Counted from the first letter of the whole stretch, positions 11,921 through 22,570 are shown. The stretch is DNA of 56,282 bases, filler included, from Asterionella formosa (GCA_002256025.1; 5 parts of 5 records of this genome joined end to end with filler, not necessarily neighbours in it); one strand, 5' to 3'. The notes: generated from the sequence alone by a model not told the origin. Made by a program: numbers and translations.

Positions 11921-13702
11921 TCATGTCACCTTACGGCGTTTGCTACCTGCTGCTGTTGTTGCATCCCTTGTCTTGTTTCCTACTGATTTCGCCTTCTTGG
12001 TCCCTTCTGCTTCCCTGCCAAGTTTTTTCGCGGCAATAATTGCGTTTTTCCCTGCAGGACTGTATTTTTCCACAAACTCGTCCACTTTGAACTTTCGCTG
12101 ACACCCAGCGTAATTCATATATCGTATCTTGCCAAATATTTCACGTTCCTTCCAACCCATGTCATGGATTCCCATAATGCTCCACGCCACACCAACGAAC
12201 CCATTTGGATCATTCCCATCTAGTGCATACTTGTCATTCAGATATTGGGCTGTCCGTAAGGCTATTACGGGAGATGCGGTCCACTCTAATATCTTTTTTG
12301 CCCAATACATTCGCAAAAAGCCATGCATTGTCCCTTGTGTTGTCAATTGGAGTTGAGCTGCATTCCAAAGGCCATCATGTGTTTGTGCGTCGGTGAGCTC
12401 CTTCGTCGAATACAACCACTCTCGCGGGTCTGTCGCATGTTGCTCTAGTGTTTGCTGCGCCCAGTCTGCCGCAGCCGTCAAGTCGTCGTAATTGGTGGGT
12501 GCATAATACACAAAATTATCTGACAATTCTCGTCTCACCATCCCTTCTTCAATGTATGAAGCAGTTCCATTGGCATATTTGTTTAATTTCTTGACCAGTA
12601 TGGCCAGTCGTTGAAATGAAACATGTCCATGGTTGATCCAAGGGGATAGATTTGAGCATATTTGTGGAAGATTTGGATTGTTGCGTAGTTGATCAAATTG
12701 AGGCAAACCATTCTTGGTGAATGTTTCAAATTGTGTCATGGCGTACTCTGTTCCAGGTTTGGCCCATGGTACGGGCGGGACAGACATGTCCATGTCAAGG
12801 TAGCTTATGTAAGTCTCCAGGTCAAAGTCTGGACAAGTGATGGGCAATGCCAGGTTATGACTCGCAGCACTGTCTGAAACAACAGGGGGATAGTCAGTGA
12901 GAAATGTTCCAACGAGCTTGTGCAATTTGGGGCGCAAGGTCCGCGCCCCCACCTCACGTTTGGGAGACGCATGCCACACAGGCACGACGTTGTGAGCATC
13001 CACTTGAATCATGGGTATATGTTGTAGTTTGGGAGCAGTTTGATGTTCCATCCAGTCTCGGTATTGCCGGAGGGGACTAAAGTCGCAAATTACCATAGCG
13101 GGTTGCACCGTGTTGAATAATTGAAGAACGGCGTGTCCCACAGTGGCTGGAGACGAGGGCATAAGAACGTGGAGAGGGATGTTCCTGGCCTTGAGGTCAG
13201 CATGCACACACTTTAGACCTCCCAGCATAAAAGATCCATGTCGATGAGTCATTTTTGTTTCCAGAATGATCTTCGGTGGCAACGCAGATTCCAGTTCCTC
13301 ATTTGGAGGTGGATGCAGACAGTACATGACCTGCAAGGGAACGTGGTGCAGTTCTGCCAGCCAGTTCGCGTAGAGCAAGGCCCAATTGTCTACGGTGCGA
13401 ACGTCTCGTTGCATCCAGTAAACGATAGCCTTTCCTGAAGCGTTGGGCGTGGTTTGATTGTTGAGTACTTTGGTTCGTTCGCGACGCATCCAATTAGGAA
13501 GCGAGTTGCTGTCGACATGTTGGACTGTACTGTTGTCCTGCTGGTCAGAGCGCGTCGCGAGCAGTTGCGACGACATGAATGTTGACGCTCGCTGTGGCGC
13601 TCCAGATGTTCTGATTGTAAAAGCAAATGTAACTGATGCGATGCACACAAATACTGTTGCAGATCGCCGTGTCGAAGATCGTAGAGAGGAAAGGATGATC
13701 AT
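11921..13702 (-). CDS. phr: Class II CPD photolyase
   Basis: Class II photolyase signatures: IVYWMQRDVRTVDNWAL, VDAHNVVPVW, GARTLRPK, SNLSPWINHG, RRELSDNF, MHGFLRMYWAKKILEW, DGNDPNGFVG, FGKIRYMNYAGCQRKF. Confidence 0.95.
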   Translation of the reverse strand: MIILSSLRSSTRRSATVFVCIASVTFAFTIRTSGAPQRASTFMSSQLLATRSDQQDNSTVQHVDSNSLPNWMRRERTKVLNNQTTPNASGKAIVYWMQRDVRTVDNWALLYANWLAELHHVPLQVMYCLHPPPNEELESALPPKIILETKMTHRHGSFMLGGLKCVHADLKARNIPLHVLMPSSPATVGHAVLQLFNTVQPAMVICDFSPLRQYRDWMEHQTAPKLQHIPMIQVDAHNVVPVWHASPKREVGARTLRPKLHKLVGTFLTDYPPVVSDSAASHNLALPITCPDFDLETYISYLDMDMSVPPVPWAKPGTEYAMTQFETFTKNGLPQFDQLRNNPNLPQICSNLSPWINHGHVSFQRLAILVKKLNKYANGTASYIEEGMVRRELSDNFVYYAPTNYDDLTAAADWAQQTLEQHATDPREWLYSTKELTDAQTHDGLWNAAQLQLTTQGTMHGFLRMYWAKKILEWTASPVIALRTAQYLNDKYALDGNDPNGFVGVAWSIMGIHDMGWKEREIFGKIRYMNYAGCQRKFKVDEFVEKYSPAGKNAIIAAKKLGREAEGTKKAKSVGNKTRDATTAAGSKRRKVT

Positions 13703-13836
13703 GCAAACTCAAACTGATACATTCGGCCGTACAGCCAAAACCTTACCATATTTTAAGCAAAGTGTATAAAGGCCTTGATAAAATGGACGCAGTGTGCATC
13801 CTCTGTAGTACGCATGTCCATCGGATTCATTCCGGC

Positions 13837-15291
13837 TAGGCTGATTGCAGTCTAATAGACTGGATTCTGTCAGGGTTTTCAATCCCTTGATGCCCCTAGC
13901 TCAATTCAATGGATATTTCATTTCTGAATAGTTAATCTAAATCTACAGAACTGGAGGTTACTGGAGGTATGCATGGCAATGAGCTTATAGGTTTAAAAAA
14001 ATTTCAGGCACATGAGAAGTCTTCCTGCCAAAAAATCTAAAAAATATCTGTGCAGAATGGCATGACAACGAAAATCGACAATGGGCAAAGGTGCCATCGT
14101 TTCATGCCTTTCCAAGTACATTCACCCATCAATGTGGGTCAGAGATCATAATTTGAAAATCGCAAAAGGTCATTGAATATGATGAAGTTGATTATGAACT
14201 TGAGGAGGTATCAGAAGGTGAAGTGATGCCGCCTTCAGGCAGAGCTGCTCAAACTTGTCAAGGAGTGTACTGGCACAGTTCAAGACTCTGATGATGCTGC
14301 CATTCTAGCTGGATTTTTTGATATTGGTGTTGAAATTTTCCCAGAATCTTAAAAGTTCTCTGTCACAATGAAGTTGCAGACAATTTAATTGATAATGATT
14401 GGGGGAAGTCAGAAATTCACGACAGGAGACAGTTGAATGCATCAAAGTTCAATCCAATAGCTATTTTCATCATTTCTAATTCAGTTGAAGTCCACAACCT
14501 TCCATATTTTGATTTATTCTTTCCTTCGGAGTTCTGGAAAGTTTCCATATTTTAATCATTGATCAAAAGGTAAAGGCAGTGCAAACCTGTAACCATTCAA
14601 ATGGATTAAAAAAATGGGGCAAGTAGCATGGTGGAGGGAAAGCAAAGCGTGCACAGATCATGAATAACAACAAGAAATTACATGTACGGTGGTTTTCTAC
14701 AGCGATTGCAAATTTCAACATGCTCTTGAAAGTTCATCAGGATGAATGAATGCAAGGTTGGAAGAATATATTCCAAGAAATTGATGCTGGTCCTCAGCGT
14801 CGTCGCACTGTTCGAAAATTGCAAGCATCCAACAACCAGCCACATCCGTTTAATGACAAATCGCTATTTGATTCATCAATGAACAGAGTTTGTGTAAGAA
14901 TTGACATGATTGATGAGGAGGAGTATTGTAAAGAGGAATTGCCATCAACATTTTACAGAATTTTGTGCCTTATGTGGTTCATCCTACTCTCTTCGAATTT
15001 CGACAGTCCGTTTTCCTTAAGTAAATGGCAGTCAGTCCGCCCATTGAGGGGCTATAGATATCAGAAATTCATTTTCCTTAAATAAACAGCAGTCAATTCT
15101 GACATGGAAATCAAGAGGCTATTGAAAATATTTAGGGTAGTTTGGCAATCCAAAAACGGAGCATATGAAATATACACAATATGTTTTGTATGAAAAGCAA
15201 TTGCAGAATTGAGTAATTCGAAAACTGAACATATGAAATATCCAAGATATGTTTCATATGAATGGCGATTGGCTAGTTCGCATCCAGCCTA
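13837..15291. mobile_element. Possible degenerate DNA transposon with imperfect terminal inverted repeats
   Basis: Left end TAGGCTGATTGC; right end reverse complement TAGGCTGGATGC. The interior is stop-riddled coding-like DNA. Subterminal 15140-15275 matches 21901-22030 in reverse orientation. Confidence 0.35.
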
Positions 15292-15991
15292 CAAATTATC
15301 TAAACTAGGTTTTCAATGTTAAGTGAAAGGGCAATTTAGTGGCGAAAAGTGCGACAATAGCTATGGCATGAATTGCCCAGCAGTTAAGACTCTACTGGGG
15401 AGCAGTCTGCCTACTCGCCATCTTGTGTACATGACTTTTTTTCTGAATTATCTGAAAATATAAACTACAAAGTTGATGGTCAGAATCAGATTGCTTCTGT
15501 TTATATACTTGTTCTTAATAGGAATGAGTGCTAATAGGTACACATTTTAAGTCATGGAGTTCATTTTTCAATGAAGTCTTAAATTACTATACTGGTAGTT
15601 TCATTAATATCATCATGATCATTTTGTGAGTGCTGAATTCAATTGATGCAGATGAAGATACCACACATGGGTGCTTGCTGCTGTTGCAGTTGGAGATTGG
15701 AATGGATTTGGACTCTGCTTGATCGCCGCATTTATAGCATATTTGAAGCTATTATCAAGTTCATCAAATACCGGCATAAAATTTTGTCATGCATTCAGAT
15801 GAAGATGTTAACAGATCGCTATCCACAGCAGACAAGATCTTAACAAACAATTTTCCCTTCCCTAAATTTTATTATTATAAACCGTTCTCTACCTTAACGC
15901 AATGCAACGACGACGTAAAGACATCATTATTGACGTTAATTAAAACCGACTGCTCTGAGTTTGCCTATCCGCAATCAATCCCTCGAATTCA

Positions 15992-16978
15992 ATGGTTCAG
16001 ATTCCAAGAACGCGCTCTGCCCCTTCGAAGAGGAGGTACTGGATTCTGGCTTCCTTTTTAGTCGTTGCCGCTCTAGCCGTTTTCCTGTACCAAGATGTTG
16101 CTTACAAAAAGATCGAAATTGCGGCTAGTAAGAATATCAACACACCATCAGTGGCCAATCATGCTGGAGCGAGCAAACTGATCTGGGCCCACTTAAGCAA
16201 AGACGAACGAGGCGAAGCAATGGCACTCGTCTTGCCCTACCTTGTCGATTTTGTCAGAGAACTCAACACCACCAAACAAGATCAATGGTGGGATCACAAG
16301 CGATGCGCTAGCGTCATTTCATTTGGAACACAAGACGGAACCCACCAACTATGCCACTATCCCACAACCAACTGCGTCTTTGTCTCCTTTGGCATTTCTA
16401 TGGACTACTCATTTGACACCGATTTGGCGGACAAATGGGCATGTCGAGGCTTTGCCGCTGACCCGACAATTGTGCACAAGTCGCAATTGCACGAAAATGT
16501 CACATTTCATAACATTGCCGCATCGACGATCAAAGGCAACCTTCAATCGAAAGCCGCTAAACAGAAGTGGTGGATCACGACTGTTCCGTCCCTGAAAAAA
16601 TTCTTGAACCTGGACAGAATTCCCATTCTCAAAATGGACTGTGAAGGGTGTGAATTTGCAGTCGCAAGGGACGTTTTGTTAGAGGAGCCAAACTTCTTTC
16701 ATTCAGTCGATCAGTTTGCTTTCGAAGCGCACTTAAATATTTTGTGGCTACATGATGTTGAACAATTATATTACTATGCCATGTTGTTTAAGCTGCTACG
16801 GGAAGCTGGACTAGTACTGGCGGGATCGAAAATCGGATGCTGCGGACCTAACGAAAGGGAAGAAGTGATGGAAAAAATTCGAGAGATCGGATATCCTGGG
16901 CCCGGGCGAAAGGAATTACTCTCTCGTCGGTCTTGTCATGATTACCTCTTTGCTAGAATACCAGCGGAGACACGCTGA
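15992..16978 (+). CDS. Type II membrane SAM-dependent methyltransferase, METTL24/FkbM-like
   Basis: Basic N-terminus plus one transmembrane segment. Motifs CVFVSFGISMDYSFD, GFAADPT, ILKMDCEGCEF, VDQFAFEAH. Confidence 0.8.
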   Translation: MVQIPRTRSAPSKRRYWILASFLVVAALAVFLYQDVAYKKIEIAASKNINTPSVANHAGASKLIWAHLSKDERGEAMALVLPYLVDFVRELNTTKQDQWWDHKRCASVISFGTQDGTHQLCHYPTTNCVFVSFGISMDYSFDTDLADKWACRGFAADPTIVHKSQLHENVTFHNIAASTIKGNLQSKAAKQKWWITTVPSLKKFLNLDRIPILKMDCEGCEFAVARDVLLEEPNFFHSVDQFAFEAHLNILWLHDVEQLYYYAMLFKLLREAGLVLAGSKIGCCGPNEREEVMEKIREIGYPGPGRKELLSRRSCHDYLFARIPAETR

Positions 16979-17307
16979 AGGCATTATCCTAGTCAGAAGG
17001 TGGTTACAAGTTCCAGGATTTGCACCAATCCCTTGCAATAAAGCATTGTACATCAAAATATTTCACAATGTCATTAGAGACATAAGACGAACTGCCCTTT
17101 TCCGTTTTGAGATGAGCATTATTTGGAACCTATCTCTTGGCGGAACGGAAAGTGTCATTTCACATCAATGACCTCACATTCATGCAAAAACCAAAAAATT
17201 ACATTGTAATAGAGACTCTGCATTACGATATGGTCGTTGTTAAAGCCATATCAGTGACAGTAAAGACTAGTATGCAATGATAAACAAATATTTACAACTA
17301 TATTATC

Positions 17308-18417
17308 TCATGACGTCAATTTTAACGGCACGATCTTGCCTCCAATTCTCACTGCCTGAATTGCTACATATTTTTTGCTTTGATCTTGAATGGAAATTCT
17401 TCCATGGTGATTATACTTCCAATCATACAGCAAAAGAGTTAGCACTGCCTGGTCATGTCGATGAGTCTTGAACGTGACTGATGGAGGCCCTTCAATGATG
17501 TAGTGTTTCTCAAACTGCTTGGCAGTGCCAAGTGGTGTCATGCATGTTTCACATGCTCTTGATCCGCAATCGATCCAGGGTTGTAGTACATGAAACATTA
17601 TCCGTGGGTAAATTCGCACCAAAAAGTAGGTGGCCACAATTGTATTTTCTTCTTTGTATTTAGTGCGTGACACATTCAGAAATCGAAATGTGGCATCATG
17701 TGTATTCTCAGTAACTCCTAAAGGACCATGATATCCAGCAAAATCAACCTTGTCCCTCACCATATTGGCTGCCCAGACTTGTGGGTTCAACTTAACACGT
17801 GCTGAAGCATCGACCCACATAAGCACCTGCATCTTGTGATGAATCAATACATCACTCACGATCCTTGGCTTGAAGCAATAGGTCCCGAAGTCTTCCTTGA
17901 CCTCATACTCAATCACTTCCGCGCAAAGTTTAGACTTGGAAATTTCTTGGCACAATGTCGTAACACTGTCGTCAAAGATCTCCCCTGGCTTGCGTATCAA
18001 ATAGATGGAAAGCGGTCCAGTATAATTGACATCAATCAATGATTGAAGCATGCCAAGAGATTCATACAAGTGGTTGCTGCTGAACGCGGTGACAATGCCC
18101 ACAAGTGGTTCAACTTTGACACCATCGCTTCCATTGACATCATTATAGCTTTCCAGGAACAGGGAACATTCGAGTCTACACTCTTGCTGAATGCGATCTG
18201 TGGGTTCTTGAATTGCAGTCCCAGCCTTCTGCGGAACAAATTTCTCGCGATCCTCGCGCTCTTGAGGAACGTCATTGTCAGCAATAGTTGCTCTGTTTTC
18301 GTCGAGCAGCAATAGACCTACTCGCTGTTGGTTCAAAACTCCAACAGTCAATGCGAACAGCAGAAGCTGAGCAACACGAGCAGAAGGGGGAGCATGATTC
18401 TGCTTTGGTCCCATCAT
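17308..18417 (-). CDS. Type II membrane glycosyltransferase-like protein (DUF1647-like)
   Basis: N-terminal transmembrane segment. Motifs IVTAFSSNHLYES, YCFKPRIV, LMWVDAS and HRHDQAVLTLL resemble the DUF1647 family. Confidence 0.7.
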   Translation of the reverse strand: MMGPKQNHAPPSARVAQLLLFALTVGVLNQQRVGLLLLDENRATIADNDVPQEREDREKFVPQKAGTAIQEPTDRIQQECRLECSLFLESYNDVNGSDGVKVEPLVGIVTAFSSNHLYESLGMLQSLIDVNYTGPLSIYLIRKPGEIFDDSVTTLCQEISKSKLCAEVIEYEVKEDFGTYCFKPRIVSDVLIHHKMQVLMWVDASARVKLNPQVWAANMVRDKVDFAGYHGPLGVTENTHDATFRFLNVSRTKYKEENTIVATYFLVRIYPRIMFHVLQPWIDCGSRACETCMTPLGTAKQFEKHYIIEGPPSVTFKTHRHDQAVLTLLLYDWKYNHHGRISIQDQSKKYVAIQAVRIGGKIVPLKLTS

Positions 18418-19510
18418 CGTTTTTAAGAATATTCAATAATCTCTCACCCGCATTTTTGTTTGAGGCTAAATATATAGATCTAAGGCTTTCCGGCTTTAAA
18501 TTTATTTGGAGGAATTGTTTTGAAACGTGCTTCCGACCGTAAATTCTCAGTTTGACTAGAAGAATAGTGGCAAGCAAATCTGTGGCTCCTCTTTTTTGAT
18601 TATAATCAAGATTCAAGAAAAACTTGTACAATGGCAGTGCAGGAGTAGGTGAAATGAATGCTGCCCGAAGAGAAGCTAACATTGTGCCCACATTTGCTAT
18701 TGCTCTCCTGCCCTTCATTGCTTCTAGTACCATCCATTTCCGGATTTTGGGCAAAAATTGAAACTGACATGCAAAGGTAAGCTGGCGGCCTTCGACATCT
18801 CAGATCAAGTTTTTCTTACACTAGTAGTATTTACCATAAATATCAGTTTTCAGCTAACCAATCATTCTACTTTTGCTCTCTCTATCAACGGATGGCTTAT
18901 CTTTGTAATTTAATCATCATTGTCTTCTTGTCGTTATGGTTGCTTTTTAGCCTGCACATCGTCATCAGATCATTTCGAAAATTAAGGGCTGTTAGTGCCA
19001 ACAAAGTTGGTCTCTGCGCTTTCCTCTGTATTCTAAGAAAATTTCTCGAGCTTAGATGTATCCCTCGGGGCACTCTCTGTAATGATGACACATGGCATAT
19101 TGAACAAATGTCACTTGTCAGGAGATTATGGTTCGTTCAATGCAGCTGGGCTTGGGCGGAGTTTGCGTCATTGCTTAGATTCCCTATAAATCTATTAGAA
19201 GCATTACAACAAGTAGGACATCTTCCTCTAAGTCAATAGCACTTTTGGTTATTACAATTCATTTCATTTTAGCTGTCATAGTCTACCATTTGGTGCAACC
19301 AACATGATGGAGGTGATTGAGTGGTCACCATAACTATTACGTTAACAACAATGATTCTAGTCGAGCTACGCAGGGGGGTCTCGATGATTCCACAACTAAA
19401 GAAAAAGATGGACGAGCTAAGCAAATTAATTTGAATCCTCGAAGAACAGGCTTCTACTACAAGTTCCAACTAGGGAAATACCAGTGCAATTTTCCTACAT
19501 CGAAGCATGC

Positions 19511-19712
19511 CGCAAAATTCATCACTTTTCCGAAATTTCATCTATGTAGACTCAGCGGTCTAAATTATTAGGTACTTCACATGAATTAATGCCACTCTTC
19601 ACGAAAAAAACGTTATATTAAATGGTTTCATTTGAATTTTTCACACTTTCATGTGAGGCTTTAAAAATAAAAATTGAACTCGAAACTGAATTAGTTGAAG
19701 CTTCAAATAATT
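19511..19712 (+). repeat. Dispersed AT-rich repeat family B, copy 1
   Basis: Shares GGTACTTCACATG.ATTAATGCCACTCTTCACG.AAAAAA and ACTGAATTAGTTGA.G.TTCAAATAATT with 56089-56282. Confidence 0.8.
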
Positions 19713-20349
19713 CCTTTCGAGAAGTAGTAAGAAAATGACAGGAATCTTTTTGTTGGGGATAAGATTGGCTTGGATCCAATTTTGATACCTACTTTGGAAC
19801 ACCAAGAACTATCTTTTTCCCAAACAACATTGTCTGGTTCCTGACCAAACTATGAACCAGTATATAGGTTATAGATTCTATCAAATATATTTACCTAGAT
19901 TTCCTTCATTCTTTCAGTACTTGTTACCTATCGAAATTGTAGTCTGGAGGGAGAAAAACATGTTTGTAGCCAGCCTGTTACTATGGCGAATATCCATGAT
20001 TTTTGGGTGATACTACTGGTAGTTTATTTTAACGTTGAGAATGTACTGTATTTTTTCAGTTTAAATCCGAAATCCAATTGAGATTTTTCCAAATTGATAT
20101 TTTTGATATAAATTCGGAAAAAATTCAAAATGGTTAACCTTGCTGAGATATTTATTTAGCTTCACAGAAATACTAAATTGGTATCATTTGCTACCAATTT
20201 GAATTCAAATTGGTATCAATTTTATTTTCACTGCCAATCTGGTTTCCAAATTGGTATCTATTGTTGGCGTTAGGGTTAGGGTTTGAAATGTTGCCACCAA
20301 TTTGGATTCTTGATTATAAGTTACAAGATATCTTAAAATGAAACACGCT

Positions 20350-21150
20350 TTACTAGGTCTCTACTGGTGCTGAGAACGTTGAGTTGAACCAGAGCGCAAC
20401 GCGCCCTTTGAGGGAACCTTTGGGTAGTAAATTGTTTCTGTGGGGGCAGAAGGACGGCAGGGGAGAGTATGGTGGATAATGAACTGTGTGATTGTGCCTT
20501 CTTGGCAACAGCTGTTGCGTTGGATTTCTTGTGTTAAGCGGAGTTTGGCGGTGCGGTGAATGGCTAGCCAAGCTGTCAGGTGGATTGTTGTGATAAAATA
20601 TGTTGAGATAAGGGTAGACTAAATAGGTAGCCCTGTTCGTCTCTGGATACTGCATCTTGTGTCGAGTAGGCAGCTATTATACTAAATAGGTGGCCTTGTT
20701 CGTCTCTAGATACTGCATCTTGTGTGGAGTACTAGGCAGCTGTTATGTCGGAGATGAGCAACAGTTTTTTGCGAGAGACAGTAATAGTTGCACCATGAAT
20801 GAAGTGATTTCGGTGTTCCCAGAGATCTAGTAGGAAGGGAGTGTGTCTGCAGACTGTGGATGAGTATATGGGTCCATTGTGTCGTGTGATCCAAGATCTG
20901 TGGTGGTTGAAGGCGTTAGAGGGAGTATTCTTTCATGGCTAGACCCCAGTGTAATGCAAGGTGCCCGTGGAGAGCATGGTTCCAACCGATCAGGGACTGT
21001 TGGTGAAAGGCAGAGTAGAAGGCTTGGGCTAGGGATTCGGTGGGAGAGGGAGGAGGCGTAGGGAGCGGCCAGACAGGAGAGTGACTTAATTGCCAGGAGA
21101 TTATTCCTGCTTCTAGGGGAGTGGTGATAACCACAGGAGTGTTAAGGGTG
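20350..21150 (-). mobile_element. Degenerate 3' fragment of a non-LTR (LINE, Ambal-like) retrotransposon
   Basis: A minus-strand frame reads AFYSAFHQQSLIGWNHALHGHLALHW. From memory, the Q-x-x-IGW...L-x-G...W pattern occurs in the C-terminal region of diatom non-LTR ORFs. The region is frameshifted and contains an internal ~63-bp tandem duplication at 20618-20746. Confidence 0.55.
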
Positions 21151-21484
21151 TTGCGGATGATAACTAATTAACAATGTACACAATGCAACAATACACGTAC
21201 GGAAGTATTTACTCGCTATATAAATCTGAACAACTCGTTTGTGACAATAAATAGTGGCTGTATCTTGCAAACTAAAAACTCAAACAATGCATTTACTCTG
21301 TTTGGTGGTGGCTTTCAGTTCAAAGGTCGTTGTAACTGTGGCTTACAGTTTTTGAGTGGTACTCCCTCCATTCATGTATGTATAGTTGCACCCAAACTTT
21401 GCGGCTTGGCTGATCATGAAGCACAAGCCCCAATAATTCTCCGGCTAACAGCCCCTAGCATTAAAAAATTATTCCGAACCAAAT

Positions 21485-21543
21485 GGTGTGAATCGAACCT
21501 GTCACCTCGGTAGGTGAGCTACTAACCAACTAAGCTATTCCCC
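21485..21543 (-). repeat. tRNA-derived Pol III head (SINE-like / pseudo-tRNA)
   Basis: Minus strand GGGGAATAGCTTAGTTGGTTAG...CAGGTTCGATTC has an A box and a B box. The 3' acceptor strand does not pair, so it is not a functional tRNA. Similar element at 54495-54565. Confidence 0.6.
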
Positions 21544-21640
21544 ATTTGGTGTATATAATATATGTTCTAAGTAGTCTAGAATTAGGTGAACCTGGGTTGA
21601 AAAATATGGCGCCACTCAAGCGCGCTCCAGCACTGCTGAA

Positions 21641-21824
21641 GGCAATACACGCCCGAGGTGGTCTCTTGCCTGCGAGTATACATGTGTTCGAGGCTGGGTG
21701 GCGCGAGTAGGTTGACCGTACGAGTGGCGCCCCCGGTGCTGCGAGAAGGTCACCCTACGAGTGTCATCCCAGTCGAGTGAACATGTATACGAGAAGGCAA
21801 GTAGCCGCCGAGAAGGGTATTGTT
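21641..21824 (+). ncRNA. Putative structured RNA (or ssDNA) rod hairpin with five tandem G·A loops
   Basis: End-to-end pairing with perfect stems CTTGCCT/AGGCAAG, GTATACATGT/ACATGTATAC and TGACC/GGTCA, many G·U pairs, and five CGAG/CGAG oppositions. Confidence 0.6.
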
Positions 21825-22470
21825 GAGGCGATTCCCGCTCTAGCTATCGTCACGTCATTCGCTTACCTACTGCCCACAAATTTAGCATAAATGTCAATTT
21901 TAGCCTACTATTGCCCATCATATAAAATATATTTTGGATATTTCCTATCTTCACCTCGAAAATTGCCAAAGGTCCGATATTGCCCATCATTAAAATATAT
22001 TTTCTATATTTCATATGTTCGCATTTTGGCAAGACAACAGACGCCAGTTGCCCCTCGGTTTTCCAGCCCTGGGATTGCCGAAATCGGCAAGGGGTCTACT
22101 TAAGGAAACCATTTTTTATGCTATACAGATTTTTATAATTTATGTCTAGAATTCACCTCGTTTTTGTTCGTCTCCTGAAAAGTGGACTCCGGCAATTCAC
22201 CTTTCACCATGCCAATCGTCGTCCATCATGACCGGTTTGAAGCGAAATCAGTTCCGCGATGACGCCAGTAGCGATTCTTTGCCTGAAGGATGCGGTTGAT
22301 TGTTGGATTGCTTGTCTTCTCGAGGTATTCATGTAGTCGCATTGTCCATATTTCGTCGGACGAACGATGATATCGATACATCTGATGTTGGTGGCAAGTT
22401 TTTGCTCCGGTCATGTATGTAATGATGCTTAACGGATATTCTACTGGTACCGGCAGTCATCTAGTCTACA

Positions 22471-22570
22471 NNNNNNNNNNNNNNNNNNNNNNNNNNNNNN
22501 NNNNNNNNNNNNNNTTAATTAATTAANNNNNNNNNNNNNNNNNNNNNNNNNNNNNNNNNNNNNNNNNNNN
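22471..22570. other. Artificial contig linker
   Basis: N44-TTAATTAATTAA-N44. Confidence 0.97.

Noticed and set aside
21485..21543. Functional tRNA gene (also 54495-54565)
   Set aside because: A and B boxes are present, but the acceptor and T stems do not pair and there is no canonical 7-nt anticodon loop.
21641..21824. SRP RNA or SECIS identity for the rod hairpin
   Set aside because: No SRP helix 8 GNRA/AGCAG motif or Alu domain was recognised. No AUGA/GA quartet with an apical AA, and no adjacent selenoprotein CDS.
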